64,000 nt of DNA from Amphiscolops sp. MND2022 (lineage: Eukaryota), in the NCBI GenBank assembly GCA_964187785.1, contig OZ076409.1, positions 21,702,001 to 21,766,000 of the forward strand, written 5' to 3'. This document shows, piece after piece, positions 12,101 through 25,358 of the stretch (positions are counted from its first letter, which is position 1; each line of letters opens with the position of its first letter). Under the pieces are notes generated by a model that was given only the letters and a program-made list of their open reading frames with translations, was not told where the DNA came from and made no database searches. A program made the translations under genes and the position numbers.

Positions 12101-15100
12101 AGAATTGGAGCTTTGGTTTTCGAGTGACCTACCCGGTGTCAAGTGTCCCAATGGTCTGACTTTTATTTGTTGACTTGTCTTCCCGAAATTCGTTTTTGTC
12201 ATGATCTCACCATTGTTTAAGTTCCAAGAATGGTGAGTTCAGAGATGCGAAATTGATCCCACGTCAATAGAGGCAGGATACGCGTGATGAATACGTCATG
12301 AACACGAGCAAAGTTCTCAACAACTTTTGGATGATTTCAACAAAGCTGAAAAAAACTTTAGTCTCCTTAAAAATATGTTAAATAGCTCTATTGTTTTGGT
12401 TTTCAACTATTGATTTTCATACACTTGCGAACATTCGAAAATGTACATTCGCATTGAACGTTGCATTCACGCAATTTTGTAAGCGCTTTCTGAAAACAGT
12501 GCAAGACACAGTGGCAACTTTCTATTCGCCAGCTGTCATTGTAGTGACCAAAATCTAAAGGTATCTCTAGGTTATACTAAATTGATTCAGATAAAAACCC
12601 GATAGCCTGTTGGTTGGAGCCTCAGTCCGGTAAGCAATGGGATCTGGGTTCACGAATCCTGCTCAGGTCTAACTCTTTTTGCTGTCATGTCGAACGTTAG
12701 AAATTCCGCTTTAGGATGCATAGTGCGCTTTAGGTGTATTTAGTTATCAAATCCAGTTATAACTTCAGAAAACGTTAATTCCGTTCTTTTACGTCCGGCT
12801 CAGTTGAAAACAAGTTTGAAATCTAGAAAATGCCGAAGTGTTGATCTGTTCATTTGATTCATATTAGTTGCATCTACACCTTCTCGAAGAAGCATAATTC
12901 TCAAAACAGTTGAATTTCCCGCCGAAAATTTTTGAATCCGGGCAGAAAAACTGTAAACTCAAACTTAATTTCAATGAAATTTCTTTTAAAAAATTCCTTA
13001 GAAACTGCTGGGAAATAAGCAGTTTTTGAAATTTCGTAAAAATCGTTCAATTCGAGACTTTTCCAGAAACAACATCAATGTTTTTTTTCGGAATGGGAAT
13101 CTTATTTTTTGAATGGAGCATCCAAGCCTTGATCTTTGAGCTTCGAAGTACGCGTTAATTACCTTTTGCATTCTTATTTCAATGCAGGCGAGGCTATTAG
13201 CGAGCAAAGATTTAGTAAACACTTGTTCAGTTCATGTCGACAGTGTCTCCCCATCTACTAAGAGAAAACTAGGTGCAAAGTTAAAAAAAGAATTCTGAAA
13301 AAAGTGCTGAACAAACTCGAGAAACAGGTGGAACAATAGGTTTTGATAAACATCCAGCTCACACAGAATTAAAAAAACTTGAACTTGAGCTTTAAAAAAT
13401 CAATTTCAAAACTAATGATTTTCCTATCCGAGTATTTTGAGTTTTCAGCAGCGAAGCGGTGTATTCCTGAGACATTCCGTATTGTTTCTTTCGAAAGAGC
13501 GTGGTGCTGACTGCGCATGATCTCTAGAATGGATTCAGCTTAGTTCAACTTCTACTACGGTGAATATATGAAGGCAGTGGCCTAAAGCGACGAATCCGAT
13601 CCTTTCTTCTCAGGAAATGATTTGATTTGTTGAGAATCAAAGGCCTCCCTACATTAATTAGGTTTCTGAGAACGGACTCATACGGACTTCGAGAACAGAT
13701 ATTCAATTCAATGGTAGAGTTCATGAACTTTGATTGATTGAGACGAGTTCGCTAAAGAACACGCGGCAAATCAAGTTTATGAAGATGAATACAGAATTCG
13801 AATTCGGCAAAAAATCACTACGGTGAAACATTAAAGCTCAATCAACCGGAGCTGTTGAATACAAACCTATTTCACGCACAAACTTCGAATCAAATCGTTT
13901 TCAAAAAATCCTCCCGCTAAAAACTACTTCCAAACTAGGGGAGAACTGCTACAAAAAGTATGAGCTATTCTGGTCAATTGATTATGGCAGATAAAAAGAA
14001 AAACGTACATTGAAGTCGACGCATTGTCCAAACTTGAGGAGTGCTGCCCAGTCTTCACGGAGCCGATTGTCGACAGAGGGCGCGCGGGGTAGAGAACATT
14101 GAAGCTTGGACGTCTCAGGCTCAGTTCTGAGAATGTGGTTGGACGAAAATTGTATCACTTCAACAAACGCCTGAAATTTCAAAAATGCATTTTCAACATT
14201 GGTCCAATCTGGAACTCCAGTGACGTCATAAAGTTCAGAAGCTTTTAGCACCTGAAGTCATTGAAAAAATTCTGAAAAATTCTACACTAGTTATTGTACC
14301 CCTGTCTTCTTATTTAGTACCCTGGCTGCGCCAAAAAGTTCTTGCGAGGTAGCCGCAGGACTCCTTCATAATTTTGCAAGGTCATGCATTCCGTTTGGAT
14401 TGTTTTGAAGAATTTCACAAGATCATTCCTAATGATGTATTATTTACTAGATCATTGCAAGCAATGCAATCGACGCAAGAATAACATTTCGCTACAAGAC
14501 CTTGTGAAGAGTTCGATGAAAGCAGGGATAGTGCAAGACTCTTGCCAATATTGTGCTTTGTCTAAACCGAAATACTTACACCAGCTCTCTCAAAACGACA
14601 ACTTACATTATTTTAAATTATAAAAATCTATACTCTCAGTTGAAAGGATATTGCAAGACCCGAGCCAAGTTATCAAATCGAGACTGTTCCGTAAAAATCG
14701 CATTACGAATCGTTGTCCGCTTCCGTGAAAACATTTTACATAACTGACAGCACGAAGTGACACACCTTCCAACTATCTCATAAGCAGCTAAATTATTGCA
14801 CAATTCATCACCAGACAAAAAATTCCAACAAATCTGAATAACAAAAATTATATTATAAAGAATGAGAGGCTAGTAAGAAGCAGCAAGTCAAATTTTACGT
14901 CATATTTCAGCGACTAAAATTCCATTAATTGTTGAAATGGCTATTTGAAAGCTGTACAAAAATTTCAACACGAAGATTTTCAATTTTTTAAAGCCGAGTT
15001 TCTGTTTTGTTTATTACATTACAAACAATCAACATTCTCCAGTTAACAACCCAAGTAATGAACACTTTATATTTAAAAAAGAAATCAGTTGTATTGGGAT

Positions 15101-18100
15101 CAAGCAAGTAAAAACCAAGAAGTTTTAGAGGCCAAGAATGAACTCTGTAGCCTGGAGAAAAATAGTCAATACATTAGTCGGACATTTTCTCAAAAAAATG
15201 TGTCGACTGAAAACAAGCTGATGAAAACTAAAGAACCAGCACAGTTCAAAGCCCACAAAGGAAACTTGAAACCTTCAACAATCTCACATGGTCGACAAAT
15301 ATCCATACACGGAAACCCAAACTCTTACCTAGGTACGTGAGGACCCATTTCGTGATAAGAATTCGAAAATCGCACAAAGAAAGAACCGACAAAAACCAAA
15401 ACGATACTCGAAAAACTTACTTGAACCTTTTGAGTTCAATCATCTTCAAACAGACGCCAGATGAACACTTGGATATCATCTGCCCTGACCTATTTCAGCG
15501 AAAATATATTAAGGCTGAGGCGTAGCCGATGATTTAACAACTCATGGAAAAACTTCCAGCAATTTGTTCAACTTCAACCGTTTTTGAAAAACTGATTTCC
15601 TTTTACAAAAATTGCTAAGTAGCTAATTGTTTCATTGCTGAGCTCTGTGGAATCACATAACCGTTCAGAATCAGTGAAAAAATCTCTAATGAGAACAAAA
15701 CTTTTAGTTCATTCTAAACAATTTTTTTTCATACAGAAGATTTTGTAGAAAATTGTTGCACTCTAATAGCCAATCATTTGCAAAACGTCATTTTTCAACT
15801 CCTCAATGCAAGTTATGATAACATATTTGCAACCAAGTGGTGAATCAATGACCGGAATTGAAGCTGTGGTTTTCGAGCGACCTGCCCGGTGTCAAGTGTC
15901 CCAATAGTCTGCCTGACTTTTATTTGTTGACATGTCTTCCCGAAATTCGTTTTTGTCATGATCTCACCATTGTTTAAGTTCCAAGAATGGTGAGTTCAGA
16001 GATGCGAAATTGATCCCACGTCAATAGAGGCAGGATACGCGTGATGAATACGTCATGAACACGAGCAAAGTTCTCAACAACTTTTGGATGATTTCAACAA
16101 AGCTGAAAAAAACTTTAGTCTCCTTAAAAATATGTTAAATAGCTCTATTGTTTTGGTTTTCAACTATTGATTTTCATACACTTGCGAACATTCGAAAATG
16201 TACATTGGCATTGAACGTTGCATTCACGCAATTTTGTAGGCGCTTTCTGAAAACAGTGCAAGACACAGTGGCAACTTTCTATTCGCCAGCTGTCATTGTA
16301 GTGACCAAAATCCAAAGGTATCTCTAGGTTATACTAAATTGATTCAGATAAAAACCCGCTAGCCTGTTGGTTGGAGCCTCAGTCCGGTAAGCAATGGGAT
16401 CTAGGTTCACGAATCCTGAACAGGTCCAACTCTTTTTGTTGTCATGTCGAACGTTAGAAATTCCGCTTTAGGATGTATAGTGCGCTTTAGGTGTATTTAG
16501 TTATCAAATCCAGTTATAACTTCAGAAAACGTTAATTCCGTTCTTTTACGTCCCGCGCAGTTGAAAACAAGTTTGAAATCTAGGAAATGACGAAGTGTTG
16601 ATCTGTTCATTTGATTCATATTAATTGCATCTGCACTTTCTCGAAGAGTCATACTTCTCAAGACAGTTGAATTTCCCGCCGAAAATTTTTGAATCCGGGC
16701 AGAAAAACTGTAAACTTAAACTTAATTTCAATGAAATTTCTTTTAAAAAATTCGTTAGAAACTGCTGGGAAATAAGCAGTTTTTGAAATTTCGTAAAAAT
16801 CGTTCAATTCGAGACTTTTCCAGAAACAACATCAATGTTTTTTTTCGGAATGGGAATCTTATTTTTTGAATGGAGCATCCAAGCCTTGATCTTTGAGCTT
16901 CGAAGTACGCGTTAATTACCTTTTGCATTCTTAATAATACAGAATTCGAATTCGGCAAAAAATCACTACGGTGAAATATTAAAGCTCAATCAACCGGAGC
17001 TGTTGAATACAAACCTATTTCACGCACAAACTTCGAATCAAATCGTTTTCAAAAAATCCTCCCGCTAAAAACTACTTCCAATCTAGGGGAGAACTGCTAC
17101 AAAAAGTATGAGCTATTCTGGTCAATTGATTATGGCAGATAAAAAGAAAAACGTACTTTGAAGTCGACGCATTGTCCAAACTTGAGGAGTGCTGCCCAGT
17201 CTTCACGGAGCCGATTGTCGACAGAGGGCGCGCGGGGTAGAGAACATTGAAGCTTGGACGTCTCATGCTCAGTTCTGAGAGTGTGGTTGGACGAAAATTG
17301 TATCACTTCAACAAACGCCTGAAATTTCAAAAATGCATTTTCAACATTGGTCCAATCTGGAACTCCAGTGACGTCATAAAGTTCAGAAGCTTTTAGCACC
17401 TGAAGTCATTGAAAAAATTCTGAAAAATTCTACACTAGTTATTGTACCCCTGTCTTCTTATTTAGTACCCTGGCTGCGCCAAAAAGTTCTTGCGAGGTAG
17501 CCGCAGGACTCCTTCATAATTTTGCAAGGTCATGCATTCCGTTTGGATTGTTTTGAAGAATTTCACAAGATCATTCCTAATGGTGTATTATTTACTAGAT
17601 CATTGCAAGCAATGCAATCGACGCAAGAATAACATTTCGCTACAAGACCTTGTGAAGAATTCGATGAAAGCAGGGATAGTGCAAGACTCTTGCCAATATT
17701 GTGCTTTGTCTAAACCGAAATACTTACACCAGCTCTCTCAAAACGACAACTTACATTATTTTAAATTATAAAAATCTATACTCTCAGTTGAAAGGATATT
17801 GCAAGACCCGAGCCAAGTTTTCAAATCGAGACTGTTCCGTAAAAATCGCATTCCGAATCGTTGTCCGCTTCCGTGAAAACATTTTACATAACTGACAGCA
17901 CGAAGTGACACACCTTCCAACTATCTCATAAGCAGCTAAATTATTGCACAATTCATCACCAGACAAAAAATTCCAACAAATCTGAATAACAAAAATTATA
18001 TTATAAAGAATGAGAGGCTAGTAAGAAGCAGCAAGTCAAATTTTACGTCATATTTCAGCGACTAAAATTCCATTAATTGTTGAAATGGCTATTTGAAAGC

Positions 18101-21100
18101 TGTACAAAAATTTCAACACGAAGATTTTCAATTTTTTAAAGCCGAGTTTCTGTTTTGTTTATTACATTACAAACAATCAACATTCTCTAGTTAACAACCC
18201 AAGTAATGAACACTTTATATTTTAAAATAGAAATCAGTTGTATTGGGATCAAGCAAGTAAAAACCAAGAAGTTTTAGAGGCCAAGAATGAACTCTGTAGC
18301 CTGGAGAAAAATAGTCAATACATTAGTCGGACATTTTCTCAAAAAAATGTGTCGACTGAAAACAAGCTGATCAAAACCAAAGAACGAGCACAGTTCAAAG
18401 CCCACAAAGGAAACTTGAAACCTTCAACAATCTCACATGGCCGACAAATATCCATACACGGAAACCCAAACTCTTACCTAGGTACGTGAGGACCCATTTC
18501 GTGATAAGAATTCGAAAATCGCACAAAGAAAGAACCGACAAAAACCAAAACGATACTCGAAAAACTTACTTGAACCTTTTGAGTTCAATCATCTTCAAAC
18601 AGACGCCAGATGAACACTTGGATATCATCTGCCCTGACCTATTTCAGCGAAAATATATTAAGGCTGAGGCGTAGCCGATGATTTAACAACTCATGGAAAA
18701 ACTTCCAGCAATTTGTTCAATTTCAACCGTTTTTGAAAAAACTGATTTTTTACAAAAATTGCTAAGTAGCTAATTGTTTCGTTGCTGAGCTCTGTGGAAT
18801 GACATAACAGTTAAGAATTTGTGGGAAAAATCTGAAATGAGAACAAAACGTTTAGTTCATTCTAAACCATTTTTCTTCACACAAAAGATTTTGTCGATAA
18901 TTGTTGCACTCTAATAGCCAATCATTTGCATAACGTCATTTTCCCAACTCCTCAAAGCAAGTTATGATAACATATTTGCAACCAAGTGGTGAATCAATGG
19001 CCAGAATTGGAGCTTTGGTTTTCGAGTGACCTACCCGGTGTCAAGTGTCCCAATGGTCTGACTTTTATTTGTTGACTTGTCTTCCCGAAATTCGTTTTTG
19101 TCATGATCTCACCATTGTTTAAGTTCCAAGAATGGTGAGTTCAGAGATGCGAAATTGATCCCACGTCAATAGAGGCAGGATACGCGTGATGAATACGTCA
19201 TGAACACGAGCAAAGTTCTCAACAACTTTTGGATGATTTCAACAAAGCTGAAAAAAACTTTAGTCTCCTTAAAAATATGTTAAATAGCTCTATTGTTTTG
19301 GTTTTCAACTATTGATTTTCATACATTTGCGAACATTCGAAAATGTACATTCGCATTGAACGTTGCATTCACGCAATTTTGTAAGCGCTTTCTGAAAACA
19401 GTGCAAGACACAGTGGCAACTTTCTATTCGCCAGCTGTCATTGTAGTGACCAACATCCAAAGGTATCTCTAGGTTATACTAAATTGATTCAGATAAAAAC
19501 CCGCTAGCCTGTTGGTTGGAGCCTCAGTCCGGTAAGCAATGGGATCTAGGTTCACGAATCCTGAACAGGTCCAACTCTTTTTGTTGTCATGTCGAACGTT
19601 AGAAATTCCGCTTTAGGATGTATAGTGCGCTTTAGGTGTATTCAGTTATCAAATCCAGTTATAACTTCAGAAAACGTTAATTCCGTTCTTTTACGTCCCG
19701 CGCAGTTGAAAACAAGTTTGAAATCTAGGAAATGACGAAGTGTTGATCTGTTCATTTGATTCATATTAATTGCATCTGCACTTTCTCGAAGAGTCATACT
19801 TCTCAAAACAGTTGAATTTTCCTCCGAAAATTTTTCAATCCGGGCAGAACAATGTAAACCTAATTTCAATGAAATTTCTAAAAAAAAATTCGTTAGAAAC
19901 TGCTGGGAAGTAAGCAGTTTTTGAAATTTCTCGTGAAAATCGTTCAATTCGAGACTTTTCCAGAAACAACTTCAATGTTTTTTCGGAATGGGAAACTTCA
20001 TTTTTGTCTGACTGGAACATCCAAACCTTGATCTTTGAGCTTCAAAGTACGCGTTAATTACCTTTTGCATTCTTATTTCAATGCAGGCGAGGCTATTAGC
20101 GAGCAAAGATTCAGTAAACACTTGTTCAGTTCATGTCGACAGTGTCTCCCCATCTACCAAGAAAAAACTAGGTGCAAATTTAAAAAAGAGAATTCTGAAA
20201 ATTGTGCTGAAGAAACTCGAGAAACAGGTGGAACAATAAGTTTTGATAAACATCCAGCTCACACATAATTTAAAAAACTTGAACTTGAGCTTTAAAAAAT
20301 CAATTTCAAAACTAATGATTTTCCTATCCGAGTATTTTGAGTTTTCAGCAGCGAAGCGGTGTATTCCTGAGACATTCCGTATTGTTTCTTTCGAAAGAGC
20401 GTGGTGCTGACTGCGCATGATCTCTAGAATGGATTCAGCTTAGTTCAACTTCTACTACGGTGAATATATGAAGGCAGTGGCCTAAAGCGACGAATCCGAT
20501 CCTTTCTTCTCAGGAAATAATTTGATTTGTTGAGAATCAAAGGCCTCCCTACATTAATTAGGTTTCTGAGAACGGACTCATACGGACTTCGAGAACAGAT
20601 ATTCAATTCAATGGTAGAGTTCATGAACTTTGATTGATTGAGACGAGTTCGCTAAAGAACACGCGGCAAATCAAGTTTATGAAGATGAATACAGAATTCG
20701 AATTTGGCAAAAAATCACTACGGTGAAACATTAAAGCTCAATCAACCGGAGCTGTTGAATACAAACCTGTTTCACGCACAAACTTCGAATCAAATCGTTT
20801 TCAAAAAATCCTCCAGCTAAAAACTACTTCCAATCTAGGGGAGAACTGCTACAAAAAGTATGAGCTATTCTGGTCAATTGATTATGGCAGATAAAAAGAA
20901 AAACGTACTTTGAAGTCGGCGCATTGTCCAGACTCGAGGAGTGCTGACCAGTCTTCACAAAACCGGTTGTCGACGGAGGGCGCGCGGGGTAAAGAATATT
21001 CGATCTTGGATGTCTCAGACTCAGAGATGAGGATGATTTTGTGATGCACAGTGAGGATATCGTTTGGCGAGTATTTGTCAGTGTCGCTCAAAAAGTCATG

Positions 21101-23759
21101 ACTCATGAATTTCTTGAAGCAGACCCCGAACTGGTTAGCACCTTCTAGCCTTTTGGGCGGAGTTTTTTTCGTGAAGCATAGGTTACCGTCTTTGTCCACA
21201 ATGGCCAACTCGAACTTGAGAGTCTGGTTCGATGAAAACTGGATCACTTTAACGAACACCTGGAATTTCAAGAATGCATTTAAACACTGGCCTAATCTAT
21301 AACTCAATTGACAATATAAAGTTTATTTTATTGAAGTTTTTATCACCTGAATTTAGGAAAATTCTAGAATGAACTATTCTCTAGTTTTTGTACTCCTGTC
21401 TTGTTATTTATAACCCTGGTTATTTTAAATTAATAAAAATTTATACTCTCAGTTAAAAGGATATTGCAAGACCCGGGCCAGTTATCAAATCGAGACTGTT
21501 CCATAAAATTCCAAACGGAGGGCCCTCAAATCTTATCTAAGTACCTAGGACCCTTTTCGTGATAAAATGATTTCTGAGAATGATCGCACAAAGTCGAAAA
21601 ATCCGAGAATAAAAACATCAGAGGTAATCACACTTTAAAAAATTACTTGGACCTTATGAGTTCCATTAATAACGGACGCCAGTTGGAAACTTGGATGAAA
21701 TCTGACATGAACTATTTCAGCGACAACATATTGAGGCTGTGGCGTAGCCGATGATTCAACAACTCACGGAAATTAGTAATCTATAACTTAATTGACGTAC
21801 GTTATAACGTTTATCGAAGTTTCTATCACCTTAATTGAATTCATTGAGAAAAGTCTAGAATGAACTATACTCTAGTTTTTTGTACCCCTGTCTTGTTATT
21901 TATAACCCTGGCTGCGCAAAAAAGTGCTTGCTGGGTAGTCGCAGGATTCCTTCAGGGTCTTGCAAGATCATGAGTTTTGATGGATTTCTTGAAAAAATGT
22001 CGCTCGCAAGATCGTTGCTTATGATGCATTATTTACTAGATCATTGCAAGCAATGCATTCGACGCAGGAATCGTAAAAGGATTACACTTCTCTGAAAGAC
22101 CTTCCAAAGAGTGTGATGAATGCAGGTATAGTGCAAGACTAGCAAGAATTGTGCTTGGTCATGATTTTTACACTAGCTTTGTCTCAAAACACTTTATTAT
22201 TTATCGGTAACAAGCCGGGACCGGCCCTAGTCGGCGCCATATCCAAGGCTCAAAAATAGCAAAAGGACTTCCAAGTGTTAATTTACAGTACTCGAAAATC
22301 GAAAAACCAAAAAAATGGACCGAGTGGCGCGCCGCGGCCCGCTAGTGCGAGCCCCTGGCGGGCTAAAAGGGGGGCCACTTCCGAATTTGCCAACATTTCT
22401 GTCGCACAGTTGAAGGGAGGACCCTTTGGAGAAAAAACAAATTTTCGTGAAGTCTCACAGTACCGAAAAACTGAAAGGGGGGACCCTTTGGGGTTTTTCA
22501 ACATCCATTCTGTCGCAAAACATCAAAAAATTGAAGGGGGGAAATTTCATTTTCGGAAGAAAATCTCACAGTGCCGAAAAAAACTGAAAGGGGGGACCCT
22601 CTGTGATTTTCCAACATCCATTCTGACACAAAACAGCAAAAAAAATGAAGGGGGGACCCTTTGGGGAAAAAGTTTTCCGAAAAAAAGTCTCACAATGCCG
22701 AAAAAAACTGAAAGGCGGACCTTTTAGTCTCCCGGTATGGTATGTTACGCGGAAAAAGGAAAAACCTTTTTGGTTCAGTTCGCTAGGCCAAATGATTCAA
22801 TTTGGGGCCATAAAATTTTGTAGAATTTTTGAGAACTATTTTGTTCAGTTCGTGTGGATTGAAAAAAGTCACTGTGAGTCGCGTTTCACTTCATGAAGCG
22901 CCGACTAAAAATATCAACTCTCAGTTCAATGTTATTTCAAAACCCGAGCCAGTTATTGCAAGACTGTTCCCTAAAGATCGCATTTCAATTCGCTGTCGGC
23001 TTTCACGAAAACCTTTCACATAATTGACAGCGCGAACTGGGCACATCTTCGAACCATTCTGATATAAAGCAAAACTATTGCACAATTCATCGCCTCACAA
23101 AACTTTCCAACATATCTGAATAACAAACGTTAGTTAGATCACGGTTGTGAACGAGAGGCTAATAAAGGTTCAACATCGAGAATTTTACGACATTTAAAAC
23201 CTAAAACTCCACGAATTAAAATAGCTATTCGAAAGCTGTACTAAGACAAATATTTTCAGTTTTTTAACAAGGCTGAATTTGTTTTGTTCATTACATTGTA
23301 AGCAATCAACATTCACTAGTTAACACAACCCAGGTAATATAAACTTTATATTTCAAAATATAGTTAGAAATCGACTTTATTAGGAGGATCAAGCATGCAA
23401 ACACCTCGAAAGTTTTTCAGAGACTATGAATGCATAAACTTTAATTTCTACAAAAAAGGAACGCGAACCTGAACATAGTTGTTGGCCTGGCATGCTTGTT
23501 CTCCAGTCATGCCTTTGGGAAATATATGGCTAGCCCATCTCACGCCCCCGAACTCGAAGATGGGGCTCTCCAGTTTCTCGTCCTGTAGACACACGGAGAA
23601 ATTCTCTATTGACCACAGCACAGAATGACACTTGACACTGCGCTTGGAGATGTAGTGTTCGTTGGCATCCAACGAGTGACACCGTTTCAAGCTGCTCGAA
23701 GGACTTGAGCCACTATTCATTTCGATTGCCTCGAATGCACGGCTGTTTACTTCACCCAT
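6110..23759 (-). CDS. SPOP-like MATH-BTB (Cullin-3 adaptor) protein, ~370 aa; exons 23759-23469, 21259-20909, 6934-6729, 6374-6110
   Basis: All introns are GT-AG with compatible phases (0,0,2). The joined protein reads WSIENFS...SPIFEFGGVRW...FPKG...NYVQ|VFVKV...FKKFMSHDFL (MATH), ADFK|ITVDSKEIPTHKAVLVARSPVFRAML...FLKYLYTG (BTB) and ANKYDVPGLKSECQYFL...ITVENAAEILIIADMH (3-box/BACK-like). Orthology to SPOP itself is not established. Confidence 0.88.
8868..8941 (+). repeat. Degenerate tRNA-derived (SINE-head-like) segment repeated once per array unit (also ~12597, ~16354, ~19499)
   Basis: A-box-like TAGCCTGTTGG and B-box-like GGTTCACGAATCC (2-nt insertion) at tRNA-like spacing. Confidence 0.45.
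10276..10437 (-). other. Duplicated, internally deleted exon-2 copy (162 nt, phase 0-0), candidate cassette exon A
   Basis: TTTCAG|GCG acceptor, AAA|GTACGT donor; open frame AFFEVIQFSSNQTLKTGPETSKLQCSLPRAPSVDNRLRKDWAALLKFGQCADFK. Confidence 0.75.
14009..14170 (-). other. Duplicated, internally deleted exon-2 copy (162 nt, phase 0-0), candidate cassette exon B
   Basis: Same acceptor/donor context; AFVEVIQFSSNHILRTEPETSKLQCSLPRAPSVDNRLREDWAALLKFGQCVDFN. Confidence 0.75.
17157..17318 (-). other. Duplicated, internally deleted exon-2 copy (162 nt, phase 0-0), candidate cassette exon C
   Basis: Same acceptor/donor context; AFVEVIQFSSNHTLRTEHETSKLQCSLPRAPSVDNRLREDWAALLKFGQCVDFK. Confidence 0.75.
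21300..23440. repeat. Older, more diverged partial copies of the array unit in intron 1
   Basis: 21860-22140 resembles 10550-10800; 22910-23440 resembles 7190-7700 and 10880-11400. Confidence 0.7.
22209..22910 (-). mobile_element. Complete Helentron-type (HINE/DINE-like) element, family A
   Basis: Asymmetric IR TAGTCGGCGC (22228-22237) / GCGCCGACTA (22898-22907), hairpin GCCGG-GA-CCGGC (22214-22225), element 3' end CTTGTT, T-rich target, no TSD; the paralogous empty site is visible near 7176-7200. Confidence 0.85.
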
Positions 23760-23913
23760 TTGCACTTACAGCTCACAAAGCATGAGCGGGCATACATCGC
23801 AGGAATGTTCCAGGATACAGTTTAGAGGGGAAAATGCGGGTAAAGATTACAGAGTCTATCTGAAAATGACATGCAACAAACTCAGAAGTGATAATCAGAA
23901 AATGTAGTTTTCA

Positions 23914-24453
23914 AAAATAGGCCCCTCCGGGGCTCAGTACTATTTCTGCTTTAATCTTTATTTTTTTTGAAACAAAAAATTCATTAATAAAAGAATCATA
24001 TCTGGAATACCAATACACTCTTGTTTAATCATTATTTAGCGCACAATTACATGTAATCACTGTACAAGTTTACACCGCCTTTAATTCTTCCCGGACTAAA
24101 GAAAATATAACTACTAAGCGTAGACGAAGTTTCGCATTCGCATTTGAATGCAGGCGAAGCGCTCAACGAACGAATAATTAACACTCATTCGCTTCATCTC
24201 AATAACTCGGGGCAAGAAAGCACAATTACGAACATTCGCTCGCTTCATCTCAATGACGTCAGCATACGAATGGATAATTACCACTCGCTCGTTCCATCGC
24301 ACTAGAATTGAATTGTCTTCGGCAGCTCTCTCGCTTACACTCACTGCCGAACAAAATATCTGAATTATTCAGATCGTCCGAAAAATTGTACTGAAAAAAA
24401 ATAAGTAGACATTTTCGGATTTCAATAATATTCCTGCTAAAGCAGAAATATTA
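23914..24453 (-). mobile_element. Uninterrupted Helentron-type element, family C
   Basis: 13-bp IR TATTTCTGCTTTA (23941-23953) / TAAAGCAGAAATA (24438-24450), hairpin GCCCC-TCC-GGGGC at one end, and a palindrome overlapping the IR at the other end. Confidence 0.8.
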
Positions 24454-25250
24454 AAAACCCAAATATCTAAGTTTCTGAAATGCATAACTTAAATCAAGGT
24501 TTGCCTACTGGCTCGTATGAAACAGGAAATATCAGGATATTTAGATATCGATTGAAAATCGCAACTGCAAAGGCTCAGCCAGTATCAAAAGTTAGAAAAA
24601 TAATGCAGTGTTTTCGATAGTCATGATTATCGTAGCGCTTCAATTTAAGCATTTGTGGACCAATAACACCAGATATTGATCACATTGGATCTTTAGTCTA
24701 TCTATTTCTTTTGGAGTTTCAAACATTCATTAGTGAGTCATACAACCTACACTTGCTTAAACCTAAACTTGGGTTAGCGTAGTAGCTGTGGCTTCTAAAT
24801 AACTAACGTTAACTAAATAACTAAAAGTGCTGCTGATGGAAAATCTAACAAGCAAATTGCTGCATGTTTCCCATGAAGCAACATGGAAACATCTGCATTA
24901 GCCACGAGTTCACCCCTTTGGGGTGTCATCGATATGTTGAAACGTAGTCAACCAAATACGGCACTAACTTTTCACAATCGGATGTTGATTTTGGCGACAA
25001 ACCATTCAGAAAGAGTTTGAACGTTACCAGTCTATTTTTTTTACAATCGGTTTCCGGTCATTTTCAGTCTTTCAAAGTAAAATTTTCATTTAGTCCAAAA
25101 AATTTGCCCGAAATCACTTGATATTCACTATTTTGCAAAGACTCCCTTATAGCGGCGAAAGCCTTTTGGGAGTCTTTTCAGTGCGAAGCAAGTTGAAAAC
25201 TTACGATTGTCTGTTTCATTTATCGTGTCACCCACCGATAAAATAGATTA

Positions 25251-25358
25251 CAGTCAAACTCGGATAAAAGAAACTCAGAGTGCGGTTTGTCATGCATAAA
25301 AGCGGAGGAGTAAAAACGTTTATTATATCCAAATGTTTCTTTTATCCGAGTTAGACTA
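25251..25358. mobile_element. Short Tc1/pogo(Tigger)-like MITE
   Basis: TA|CAGTCAAACTCGGATAAAAGAAAC versus GTTTCTTTTATCCGAGTTAGACTA (24-bp IR, 2 mismatches). Confidence 0.65.

Larger units (their letters stand above)
7070..20950. repeat. Tandem segmental array (units ~3.73, ~3.15, ~3.75 kb) inside intron 2 of the MATH-BTB gene
   Basis: Identical landmarks recur: exon-2 donor at 10276, 14009, 17157 and 20909; ORF-track peptides repeat verbatim (e.g. MRTHFVIRIRK at 11584, 15337, 18486). One unit has a ~0.6-kb deletion joined at ~16933. Confidence 0.95.

Noticed and set aside
10639..18674. Recurrent plus-strand ORFs (MRTHFVIRIRK..., MHSVWIVLK..., MYWDQASK...)
   Set aside because: They repeat only because of the tandem array, show frame-breaking indels between units, and have no recognisable domain.
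22275..22896. 150-aa and overlapping basic ORFs
   Set aside because: Translations of the family A internal AAGGGGGGACC repeats; not coding.
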